Part shown: positions 52,169-64,000 of the stretch, in pieces
Layout of the letters: each line of letters starts with the position of its first letter
How positions within the stretch are numbered: position 1 is the first letter of the stretch
From: Octopus vulgaris
Taxonomy: Eukaryota
Direction: 5' to 3'
Length of the DNA: 64,000 bases
Assembly: GCA_951406725.2 (NCBI GenBank)
Contig: OX597820.1
Location: 101,494,001 to 101,558,000 of the forward strand
Made by a program: the position numbers and the translations under genes
The notes under the pieces: model-generated
Told to the model about the DNA's origin: nothing
The model's database searches: none
What the model saw: only the letters and a program-made list of their open reading frames with translations

Positions 52169-52663
52169 AGTGAAGGCGTATGGCCTAGTGGCTGGAGCGT
52201 CGAACTTACGACCGTGATGTTGAGATTTCGAATCCCGGACCGGGCTGCGTGTTGTGTTCTTGAGCAAGACACTTTATTTCTCGTTGCTCCAGTTTACTCA
52301 GCTGTGGAAATGAGTTGCGACGTCACTGGTGCCATGCTGTATCGGCCCCTTTGCCTTTCCCTTGGATAACATCGGTGGCGTGGAGAGGAGAGGCCGGTAT
52401 TCATGGATGACTGCTGATTTTCCATAAACAAGCATGCCCGGATTAGTGCCTCGGAGGGTAACTTTCTAGGTGCAATCCAATGGTCTGTGTCGTGACCGAA
52501 GTGGGTCTCCTCTATATATGTATGTATGTATATGTATGTATATATATGTGTGTGTATATATATGTATGTATATACATATATTGTATTTCGGAATGGTCTC
52601 CTCTATATATGTATGTATGTATATGTATGTATATATATGTGTGTATATATATGTATGTATATA

Positions 52664-53135
52664 CATATATTGTTGTATTTCGGAATGGTCATTTTGCCAG
52701 TTTAGCCAATAAAAACACACGCACTATATATTTGGTGTTACTTTGCTTCAGCGTTATTTATTTTTTACATTAAACTTAATCTTATTTCGGCCAGAGTTCT
52801 TTCGTCACAGAAGATACAAGTATTACAGGCATCGCCCCACACACACTAACTAAACATAGACGCACATAGAGATATACGGATGCGCAAATGAAGACACATA
52901 CAATAGAAATACAAAATGGCTGACGGTTAGTAAAGAGAGACACACAAATAAGAAAGAAGAAAGCAAAGGACCACTGATGCGGTCACAGGAGTGTGACGAA
53001 AGAACTCTGGCCGAAATAAGATTAAGTTTAATGTAAAAAATAAATAACACTGAAGCAAAGTAACACCAAATATAGTGCGTGTGTTTTTATTGTCTAAACT
53101 GGCAAAATGACCATTCCGAAATACAACAATATATG
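52664..53135. mobile_element. Inverted-repeat element with HHR-like motif
   Basis: Arms 52664-52809 and 52992-53135 are reverse complements. The HHR-like motif overlaps the start of the right arm. Confidence 0.65.
52968..53012 (+). ncRNA. Degenerate hammerhead-like motif
   Basis: ggacca-CTGATGC-g gtcaca ggag tgtgac-GAAAG-aa-CTC-tggcc. Stems I and II present, but core A9 is C. Confidence 0.45.
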
Positions 53136-53186
53136 TTTCAACACACGATTTCACATAAAAAATCTTGCACAACAAATATATAAACG

Positions 53187-53241
<55 letters not shown>

Positions 53242-53388
53242 TTACGAGATAAAACCACTATTAGGCAAATCAATAATAATAGTGGTTTTATCTCTAATTT
53301 AATATAATATAATATAATATATTTATACTATAAAATCGGATTTAATCCTAAATCTGATTTTTCCCTGTAAGTTTGGATTTATTCCCTA

Positions 53389-53434
<46 letters not shown>

Positions 53435-53801
53435 GAGTAACAGGTTTTGTTGAATTTTCTGCTGCTTTAAATAAAGTGTATATATATAAATTAATAATTT
53501 TTAATTTTTAACTTTAAATCTAAATAATTTAAAATTTGAATTTTATATATTTTGTATATTATATTAATTAATTTTATTTCTATGTTTTGGTTTATGTTTT
53601 TCACTGTTTGTTTTGCCTAATAGTGGTTTTATCTCTAATTTAATTTATATATATAAATATATATATATACGCACACATGCACACGTACATATTAACATGC
53701 GTATACATACACACGCACACACATATATAAAATAGAGATATATGTACTATACATATATATTAATATCTATGCATGTATATATATATATATATGTGTGTGT
53801 G

Positions 53802-53883
<82 letters not shown>

Positions 53884-54056
53884 TGTATATATATACATAT
53901 AAATATAACACATATATATTTACATCCCCCATCGACTATATGGAAGCGACCCGAATATTCGAATATTCCACGGGAATTTTCAAGGACGATGTTTCCATAA
54001 TGTCATATGTGTATATATCTATACATATATATATACATAAATATATATATGTATAT

Positions 54057-54114
<58 letters not shown>

Positions 54115-54252
54115 TAAGAGAGTGGTCACTATATGGCTCACTCTAGCACCAGTTAATCCAAAAGGTTTCAACCACAAAAATACATGTTTCCCATGAAAGT
54201 CAGTACGATTGTTAGCTCACACGGACAGGGCAAATAAAAAATAACAAAATAC

Positions 54253-54346
54253 AGATTATTTTGGGACAATTGTTTCGCTATTAATGAATTAAATGTAATT
54301 TTACTTACAATAAAATCCACTTGTAGCTCTTCAGCCAAAACTATCT
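54253..54346 (-). ncRNA. Type I hammerhead ribozyme, array copy 1
   Basis: Reverse strand reads agatagttttgg-CTGAAGA-gcta...tagc-GAAAC-aatt-GTC-ccaaaataatct. Stem I ttttgg/ccaaaa, stem II gcta/tagc, GUC cleavage triplet. Confidence 0.88.
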
Positions 54347-54786
54347 GGATGAAATCCACTCAATCACACGCCAGATTTTACCATAACGATAAATACGCGT
54401 GTGGTTCAATTGATTACATCCGACGTTATAATTCAAATGCCCCAACTAACAGCGCGCCAAACTCTCACGGAAAACAAATACAGCATTTAGAAATAAATGC
54501 AGCATAATTATAATTAATTAATAAGGGTGAGAGAATTAGATACTAATTTAATAGTATATCTATTCTACACCAAGTGGCCTAGTGCTCCGAGAAACCTGGA
54601 TTATTATAATATTTTATAATATATTATAATATTTTTACAAAATAAATATAAGAGAGTGGTCACTATATGGTTCACTCTAGCACCAGTTAATCCAAAAGGT
54701 TTCAACCACAAAAATACATGTTTCCCATGAAAGTCAGTACGATTGTTAGCTCACACGGACAGGGCAAATAAAAAATAACAAAATAC

Positions 54787-54879
54787 AGATTATTTTGGGA
54801 CAATTGTTTCGCTATTAATGAATTAAATGTAATTTTACTTACAATAAAATCCACTTGTAGCTCTTCAGCCAAACTATCT
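54787..54879 (-). ncRNA. Type I hammerhead ribozyme, array copy 2
   Basis: Same motif, with one T missing from the stem I 5' strand. Confidence 0.85.
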
Positions 54880-55319
54880 GGATGAAATCCACTCAATCAC
54901 ACGCCAGATTTTACCATAACGATAAATACGCGTGTGGTTCAATTGATTACATCCGACGTTATAATTCAAATGCCCCAACTAACAGCGCGCCAAACTCTCA
55001 CGGAAAACAAATACAGCATTTAGAAATAAATGCAGCATAATTATAATTAATTAATAAGGGTGAGAGAATTAGATACTAATTTAATAGTATATCTATTCTA
55101 CACCAAGTGGCCTAGTGCTCCGAGAAACCTGGATTATTATAATATTTTATAATATATTATAATATTTTTACAAAATAAATATAAGAGAGTGGTCACTATA
55201 TGGCTCACTCTAGCACCAGTTAATCCAAAAGGTTTCAACCACAAAAATACATGTTTCCCATGAAAGTCAGTACGATTGTTAGCTCACACGGACAGGGCAA
55301 ATAAAAAATAACAAAATAC

Positions 55320-55412
55320 AGATTATTTTGGGACAATTGTTTCGCTATTAATGAATTAAATGTAATTTTACTTACAATAAAATCCACTTGTAGCTCTTCA
55401 GCCAAACTATCT
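55320..55412 (-). ncRNA. Type I hammerhead ribozyme, array copy 3
   Basis: Same motif as copy 2. Confidence 0.85.
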
Positions 55413-55950
55413 GGATGAAATCCACTCAATCACACGCCAGATTTTACCATAACGATAAATACGCGTGTGGTTCAATTGATTACATCCGACGTTATAATTC
55501 AAATGCCCCAACTAACAGCGCGCCAAACTCTCACGGAAAACAAATACAGCATTTAGAAATAAATGCAGCATAATTATAATTAATTAATAAGGGTGAGAGA
55601 ATTAGATACTAATTTAATAGTATATCTATTCTACACCAAGTGGCCTAGTGCTCCGAGAAACCTGGATTATTATAATATTTTATAATATATTATAATATTT
55701 TTACAAAATAAATATAAGAGAGTGGTCACTATATGGCTCACTCTAGCACCAGTTAATCCAAAAGGTTTCAACCACAAAAATACATGTTTCCCATGAAAGT
55801 CAGTACGATTGTTAGCTCACACGGACAGGGCAAATAAAAAATAACAAAATACATTTGAATTTGAATTATAACGTCGGATGTAATCAATTGAACCACACGC
55901 GTATTTATCGTTATGGTAAAATCTGGCGTGTGATTGAGTGGATTTCATCC

Positions 55951-56044
55951 AGATAGTTTTGGCTGAAGAGCTACAAGTGGATTTTATTGTAAGTAAAATT
56001 ACATTTAATTCATTAATAGCGAAACAATTGTCCCAAAATAATCT
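55951..56044 (+). ncRNA. Type I hammerhead ribozyme, array copy 4
   Basis: CTGAAGA at 55963-55969, GAAAC at 56021-56025, GTC at 56030-56032. Stems I-III are complementary. Confidence 0.9.
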
Positions 56045-56484
56045 GTATTTTGTTATTTTTTATTTGCCCTGTCCGTGTGAGCTAACAATCGTACTGACTT
56101 TCATGGGAAACATGTATTTTTGTGGTTGAAACCTTTTGGATTAACTGGTGCTAGAGTGAGCCATATAGTGACCACTCTCTTATATTTATTTTGTAAAAAT
56201 ATTATAATATATTATAAAATATTATAATAATCCAGGTTTCTCGGAGCACTAGGCCACTTGGTGTAGAATAGATATACTATTAAATTAGTATCTAATTCTC
56301 TCACCCTTATTAATTAATTATAATTATGCTGCATTTATTTCTAAATGCTGTATTTGTTTTCCGTGAGAGTTTGGCGCGCTGTTAGTTGGGGCATTTGAAT
56401 TATAACGTCGGATGTAATCAATTGAACCACACGCGTATTTATCGTTATGGTAAAATCTGGCGTGTGATTGAGTGGATTTCATCC

Positions 56485-56578
56485 AGATAGTTTTGGCTGA
56501 AGAGCTACAAGTGGATTTTATTGTAAGTAAAATTACATTTAATTCATTAATAGCGAAACAATTGTCCCAAAATAATCT
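56485..56578 (+). ncRNA. Type I hammerhead ribozyme, array copy 5
   Basis: Same motif 534 nt downstream of copy 4. Confidence 0.9.
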
Positions 56579-57018
56579 GTATTTTGTTATTTTTTATTTG
56601 CCCTGTCCGTGTGAGCTAACAATCGTACTGACTTTCATGGGAAACATGTATTTTTGTGGTTGAAACCTTTTGGATTAACTGGTGCTAGAGTGAGCCATAT
56701 AGTGACCACTCTCTTATATTTATTTTGTAAAAATATTATAATATATTATAAAATATTATAATAATCCAGGTTTCTCGGAGCACTAGGCCACTTGGTGTAG
56801 AATAGATATACTATTAAATTAGTATCTAATTCTCTCACCCTTATTAATTAATTATAATTATGCTGCATTTATTTCTAAATGCTGTATTTGTTTTCCGTGA
56901 GAGTTTGGCGCGCTGTTAGTTGGGGCATTTGAATTATAACGTCGGATGTAATCAATTGAACCACACGCGTATTTATCGTTATGGTAAAATCTGGCGTGTG
57001 ATTGAGTGGATTTCATCC

Positions 57019-57112
57019 AGATAGTTTTGGCTGAAGAGCTACAAGTGGATTTTATTGTAAGTAAAATTACATTTAATTCATTAATAGCGAAACAATTGTC
57101 CCAAAATAATCT
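57019..57112 (+). ncRNA. Type I hammerhead ribozyme, array copy 6
   Basis: Same motif 534 nt downstream of copy 5. Confidence 0.9.
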
Positions 57113-57379
57113 GTATTTTGTTATTTTTTATTTGCCCTGTCCGTGTGAGCTAACAATCGTACTGACTTTCATGGGAAACATGTATTTTTGTGGTTGAAAC
57201 CTTTGGATTAACTGGTGCTAGAGTGAGCCATATAGTGACCACTCTCTTATATTTATTTTGTAAAAATATTATAATATATTATAAAATATTATAATAATCC
57301 AGGTTTCTCGAGCACTAGGCCACTTGGTGTAGAATAGATATACTATTAAATTAGTATCTAATTCTCTCACCCTTATTAA

Positions 57380-57416
<37 letters not shown>

Positions 57417-57558
57417 TATGCATATATGTGTGTGTATATATGTATATATATATATATATGTGTATGTACATATATATGCATATATATATGTATAGATATA
57501 TATATGAGTGTATATATATGTACATATACAAACACACAGATATATATGTATACATAAC

Positions 57559-57593
<35 letters not shown>

Positions 57594-57595
57594 AC

Positions 57596-57662
<67 letters not shown>

Positions 57663-57689
57663 CATGTATATATGTGATGTATATATGTG

Positions 57690-57725
<36 letters not shown>

Positions 57726-58270
57726 TATACACACACATACATACAGACATATGACCATATATCTTATCTCTTTGCCAGGGCATTCACGCACACGCATACA
57801 CAAACACACACACACACACACACTCACACACGCATACACACACATATTTCTGCGCACCTACATTCAATATTGTCGCGTATTAAAATTTCCCTCTGTTGAC
57901 AATGATCCGCACACAATCCGGACCTAGCAACCATCTTTGCTTGGCCATTTACGAACAACACTCCTCCACGCCTCGGCTAGCCTCCCCCAAGCCACTACAC
58001 CCAATTAGCAATCTCATTGAAGTATCTAATAAACATTTTCTCTTTTATTTGATTATTGTTTTATATTTTGTATCGTTGTGTTTACTTTACTATGCTCGTG
58101 TGTGTGTGTGTTTGTGCATGTGTGTGCTTGTGTATGTACATAAAATGAGTATGTATGTATATAAACGTGTGTTTGCGTGTATGTGTGTGTATGTGTGCAT
58201 CTATGTTTGTATATATGTATTTATGTATGTATATATATATATATATATACGTACACACACATACACACAC

Positions 58271-58581
<311 letters not shown>

Positions 58582-58747
58582 TTTCTATATGAATAATATA
58601 TAGTCTAACGACTAATTCGTCTTTTGTGCTAGGCCACTGGTAATAATAATTTATTATTACCCTATGTATAATGAATATATATATATATATATATATATAC
58701 AAACTTATATAAATGAATGCATACTTATATTTACACACACATATATA

Positions 58748-60005
58748 TACGGGGGTTGGACAAAATATCTGGAAGAGTAGAAATTTAACTCCTATATTTC
58801 AATGAGACATTATATTACGAATATCCATCCAAATTTCATTGTGACTGGGACTTTTTGTATTGTAAATTGTCTTATTCATCTAATTTAACGATTATTTCTA
58901 TCACTTGTTCAGATCGTTGTATAAATTAAGCTAAGATGCGTGACCTCACTGAGTTCGAAAAAAGGGCAAATTGTTGGAGCTCGAATGGTAGGAGCTTGCA
59001 TCACCAGAACAGCTGAACTCCCTGGTTTTTCGAGAGCTACGATATCAAGGACCATGACTGAATTTGGGGAGCAGGACAAGACCTCCAATAGGAGGAGCAA
59101 GCCCGGTAGGACTTCGAAACTCACTGAATGAAACCGATGAGATTTGAATCGCATTATGATGAAAAATCACCGGACAACTGCCCCTAAAGTGATTGCATTG
59201 TTGAATCAATCCCTGATTAGTCCAGTTTCGATCAAAACTATTCGCCGTGAGCTCAATAAAGCCGGATATCATGGAAGAGCCGCCATTAAGAAACTTCTAC
59301 TTCCTCATCAAAACATTCAGAAAAGGTTGAACTAATGTAGAGATCACAAGGGCTAATCGACAGACCAATGGAAGCAAGTAATATTCTCCGACGAGTCCAG
59401 TTTTTCTCTTTTCCCCACTGCAGGGTGAATTTATGCGTAGAGGCAGCCCGGGGAAGCTTTTAATCCTGACTGCCTTCTTCCTATAGTGAAGCACGGAGGA
59501 GAGTCTGTGATTGTTTGGGCAGTCAATTTTTGGAATTCTCTTGGTCCAATCGTTGCCCTGCATGGTAGGATCAAAAGCAATGATTATCTGAATATTTAGG
59601 GAAATCAAGTCCTTCCCATGATTCAGACATTATTCCCTGATGGTGAGTGTCGCTTCCAAGACCACAATTCTCGAATACACACCTTTCATGTGGTTAACAA
59701 TTGGTATGAAGAGCATAGTAATGAGCTACAACACATGGAGTGGCCCCTTCAATCTCGAGATCTTAATATTATTGAGCATCTGTGGTACATCTTGGAGCGA
59801 GAAGTTAGAAGTCGTTACCCTCCACCGTCGTGTCAGCAACAACTGGAGCAGGAAGAATGGCTCAAGATTTCTCTCAATGAAGTCAGGAAGGAATCAATTC
59901 CTAGATGCATCGAAGCTGTTCAGAAAGCTAAAGGAGGACCAACTCCATATTGAAAAAATGTTCATTGAATTTAACACGTGTTCCAATTATTCTGTCCAAC
60001 CCTAT
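58748..60005 (+). mobile_element. Near full-length Tc1-like transposon (transposase pseudogene)
   Basis: TIRs gggttggacaaaata / tattctgtccaaccc with TA flanks. KGQIVGARMVG; WKQVIFSDES; VKHGGESVIVW; FQDHNSRIH; WPLQSRDLNIIEHLW; KAKGGPTPY. Several stops. Confidence 0.93.
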
Positions 60006-60694
60006 ATACATACATACATACATACATACATACATACATACATACATACATACATACATACATGGTGGCTGCCCCCTCGTTATCGAGTATGGCCATTGCA
60101 CGAAGCTTAATCAATTTTGTTATCGTGCAATGCCTCTGCATGAAAATTTTTTTAAAGTGAGGAAAGTCTATGCACTGAGTCAATCCCACTCACTAAGCAA
60201 CATCAATCATAATCCGAAAAGAAGAACAAGTCAACATCATCGGTAACCACTGAACCGCAGGTTTTATGTCGGAGTTATCCCAGTTACCTGAGTTACCTTC
60301 TCCTAGAAGGATACCCTAACAAAGGCTAGGAGTCCTTCACTCCCAATGGTTTAACCGCGTGATCGGGTATTCAGTCCGATTATTTCTATGTCCCCGCGCA
60401 TGATACAGCCCTAAGACATTTATTGAATGGCCGTTGACTCTCAAGAGTTCCTCCGCCCTTTGACGAGTTTTGTTTTTCATTCCGCAGGGTGTCCAATAAA
60501 CACCCTCCTCACCAAGCAAGCTTGGTGGGGTTGCCGGTTTAGTCGCCAACGACCCGACCATGCAATAGGTTGTACTGGGTTACATGTTACCAGTAGCACT
60601 CGAAAGTGACTTGACATAAAAATACATACATACATACATGCATGCATGCATACATACATACATACATACATACATACATACATACATACATACA

Positions 60695-60726
<32 letters not shown>

Positions 60727-61369
60727 CAGGGTGCGGTGAATAAACTGTCGTCTAAATTACGCAAAAGTGAAACTAACACTGGCGCTTCATTTTAACAGAT
60801 ATATTTACCAAATATTTGATTTCTATCACTCTCGGTACATGTCCTCATATTGCAGTCCTCAGATTGTACTGTTCTCAGATTGACATCCAAACATTCTAAA
60901 ATGTTTGTATTGGAGCTTCCGGCGCGAATGGCAAGCAATACAGCATGTCGTTTCCAAATTTCTGGCAGAGTGAATTGCGTCATTGTGCTGTTTTTCTTAT
61001 ATACGGTGCCCAACTGACCATACTATACTGTGTAGTCGACAAAATCAAAACAATGTGCATGCGCGAAATTAAAACTATAAAATGGCAACAAATTACCCAT
61101 CGCACCCTTTATACAGACGTATGTATATATGTGTATGTGCATGTACAATAGTATACACACACACACACACACCACACACATACATATTCTTTTTCTTGTT
61201 TCGGTCATTTGACTTTGGCCATGCTGGAGCACCCCCATTTTGTCGAAGAAATCGACCCCAGGACTTATTCCTTGTAACCTTAGTACTTATTCTATCGTAT
61301 TCATGATAAAGTCTCACGAGAGGTTTTAGTAAACAAAGACAAAAAATCAAGAGGGATGAATCTTTATAG

Positions 61370-61870
61370 CATGAATGTGGCCACTAACAGCTAGGAAATT
61401 CTTAAAATTAATTAATAATCACTTCCCTAAAACACACAAATGCCATAAGATATTCAATAGAAACACTGTTAAAGTTAGTTCGATTTGCCTTCCCAATGTA
61501 GGGTCGATAATAATCATAATAGTAATAATAATAATTCCGCCAGGAATACACCTGAAAGACACTGTAACTGTAGATCTCGGAACCGCTGTCATATAAATAA
61601 TAGCTATCTGGAAAAAGAACTTGTATACAAGGCCAAAATCATGGACTGCAATGGAGTAACAAAGACATACATCGGAATGACAGGCCTCACATTCAAGGAA
61701 AGATACGTACAGCAGTTGGCGTCATTCAAGGACAAAAATAAAAGACATGCGACATCCTTATCCAATATGATAAGGATATTGAAAGGAGGAATAGGCAATC
61801 CTCAGATAACGTAGAGCATTATTCCTAAAGCCAGAAAATACAGGGGACGAGATACCAAATGTAAACTGAA
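61370..61870 (+). pseudogene. Penelope-like element linker and GIY-YIG endonuclease fragment
   Basis: KFLKLINNHFPKTHKCHKIFNRNTVKVS...CNCRSRNRC...LVYKAKI...TYIGMTGLTFKERY...ATSLS, frameshifted. Confidence 0.85.
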
Positions 61871-62385
61871 AAGCTAAATATAGTCAAATCAAAGGATAAC
61901 ATCTTAAACATTGGGGATGAAACCTTCTCTCCATGGATGCATAAACACCATTTTATTCTTCGACATTTCAAACAGGAACAACCATCCACTCTGGCGATCA
62001 TGCCAGGATGGGTTTTTGTCTGAACATGAACATTAAATATATCACATGAACTCCACACATAGAAGACACATACCTCCATGATGAACTCCCTCAATACGCA
62101 AACATTACACATACGAACATTACACATACCCAGGATATCATATAATATAAATATTTGTTTTCCAAACATTAAACTCAAGGGAGATAATCACACAAAAGTT
62201 GTTACCCAAAAGTCGACCACTGACCCCGCCTTGAATTTACCAAAGATTATCGCAAGATTTTTTTCGTGAATTCCCCTTTTTTTCTCGTGTTTTAATTCAA
62301 AATGTGATCCGCTTAAAACACGAAAGCACATACACATATATCAGGCTGTATGTGTGTGTGTGTGAGTGTGTGTATGTGTGTGTAC

Positions 62386-62422
<37 letters not shown>

Positions 62423-62432
62423 AGTGTGTGTG

Positions 62433-62489
<57 letters not shown>

Positions 62490-63126
62490 ATATAATGGAA
62501 CAAAAACCCAATAGAGGACAATAAAACATCCGAAGAGATAGATGATACAAGGCGGACAGGAAAAACAACAGTTAGAGGGACAAGAAAAAAAGGATGGGTC
62601 ATTTGTGGCTTTTTTTTTTGGTCTCTCAAGTTACTAGATGTCCCTACAGTTTTGGGCCGTTACACTTGAGACTGTTCGATCTGGTTCCCCCCCACCCCAC
62701 CAAAAATTCTAAGCTAAGAGCATTAGGGTTTTTGCAAGAAATCAAGTGAATGTGTACAACAACTAAAGACAAAAAACAGAGGACATGTTACACAATTACA
62801 AATACAAACTACAAGAATATGTATTTGTTTACTGCCCATAAGGGGCTAAACATAGAGGGAACAAACAAGGACAGACTAACGGATTAAGTCGATTACATCG
62901 ACCCCTGTGCGAAACTGGTACTTTATTTATCGACCCCGAAAGAATGAAAGGCAAAGTTGACCTCGGCGGAATTTGAACTCAGAACGTAACGACAGACGAA
63001 ATACGGCTACGCATTTCGCCCGGCGTGCTAACCGTTCTGCCAGCTCGCCGCCTCAACAGCAGGTGTCTTTCGAGTGAGGACAAATCAAATTGAGCTGGCG
63101 TGTATAAAGTGAAAGACTTAAGGCAG

Positions 63127-63181
<55 letters not shown>

Positions 63182-63324
63182 AACACACATATACACATAC
63201 TTATGTATATGTGTATTTACATATGATATATGCATGCAAATACACATCTTAATGTTTTGTTTTTATGTTACCCCTTTGGCTATTAAAGAAACACCCTTTT
63301 GGCTGTCATCAGCCTCATCAGCAA

Positions 63325-63342
63325 CACTACTACTACTACTAC

Positions 63343-63382
<40 letters not shown>

Positions 63383-63407
63383 TGTTGTTGTTGTTGTTGT
63401 TGTTGTT

Positions 63408-63458
<51 letters not shown>

Positions 63459-63467
63459 ATAGTAGTA
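63325..63467. repeat. (CTA)n/(GTA)n/(GTT)n trinucleotide microsatellite
   Basis: Directly visible. Source of the polyV/polyT/polyS ORFs. Confidence 0.95.
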
Positions 63468-64000
63468 TACGTTTTTGTCATCATGGTCGCAGTTGCCAAT
63501 TTTTTCATTATGTCTTTCTGCTTAGTTAGTGTTTTTTTAATTCCCATTGTCTTTATTGTTGTTCTTTTATTGCTGCTCTTGCTTATCATATTGTGGCCAT
63601 TGAGTAAGGCAAACAGGTGGGAAATGACACGATTCTCACCATTTTACAATAATTGATTGAGACTTAATTGGAAATAAAAGTGTAGATGAAAAAGTTCATT
63701 GTTAGTATATTTAATTGTGTAAAGATAAAGCACTTTTTAAATAACCTTATGGTTGTTGAAAGAATCGACCGTAATAAATGTCCAAAGGATCCGCTGTAAT
63801 TTTTTTTTATATCCCTAACGGTGATTTACAAAGAAACTTTATAGTTATCGGGGGATGCTTAGATCAATAAATAACAGCCATTTCCCGCTGAATATCTGTA
63901 AAGCAGAAGTGAATGTCCTTTTTTCTCTTAAGTGGTTTCTTTTTAAATATTGTCTTTATATTGCCTCCATCTGCAAATATGGCAGTCTATTTTTCTTTTG

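Larger units (their letters stand above)
54108..57388. mobile_element. Head-to-head tandem array of a 533-534 bp hammerhead-containing unit (retrozyme-like / Penelope pLTR-like)
   Basis: Anchor taagagagtggtcac recurs at 54115, 54649, 55182 and 55715. Orientation flips at about 55853-55860. Reversed anchor ttgaattataacg recurs at 55861, 56395 and 56929. Both outer ends abut (TA)n. Confidence 0.9.

Noticed and set aside
54168-57197. Repeated 63-64 aa ORF (MDFIQIVLAEELQ...) in each array unit
   Set aside because: Non-ATG start, no recognisable domain, frameshifted between copies, and it overlaps the ribozyme. Better explained as non-coding RNA.
54108-57388. CRISPR array or ordinary satellite interpretation
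   Set aside because: No unique spacers, no cas genes, and a eukaryotic context. The embedded canonical HHR and inversion argue against a plain satellite.

Overview
AT-rich, microsatellite- and transposon-dense eukaryotic DNA. The tRNA-derived SINE repertoire looks like that of an octopus/cephalopod (my recognition, not a database result). Most ORFs in the supplied track are microsatellite artefacts. One host gene can be reconstructed: an 8-exon class A (rhodopsin-like), peptide-receptor-type GPCR on the minus strand (959-29327), with canonical GT-AG introns and matching phases throughout. The rest is decayed Tc1/mariner, hAT, R4/Dong-like, RTE and Penelope elements, MITEs and SINEs. The most striking signal is a set of type I hammerhead ribozyme (HHR) motifs. 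A near-identical 533-534 bp unit is repeated about six times head-to-head at 54108-57388, and each full unit carries a canonical HHR (CUGAAGA...GAAAC-AAUU-GUC). Several older non-coding elements with tandem-plus-inverted architecture carry other HHR variants, some in the sense orientation inside the GPCR introns. This looks like a retrozyme-like or Penelope-pLTR-derived family of self-cleaving RNA elements, possibly producing circular RNA. Activity is inferred from sequence only.
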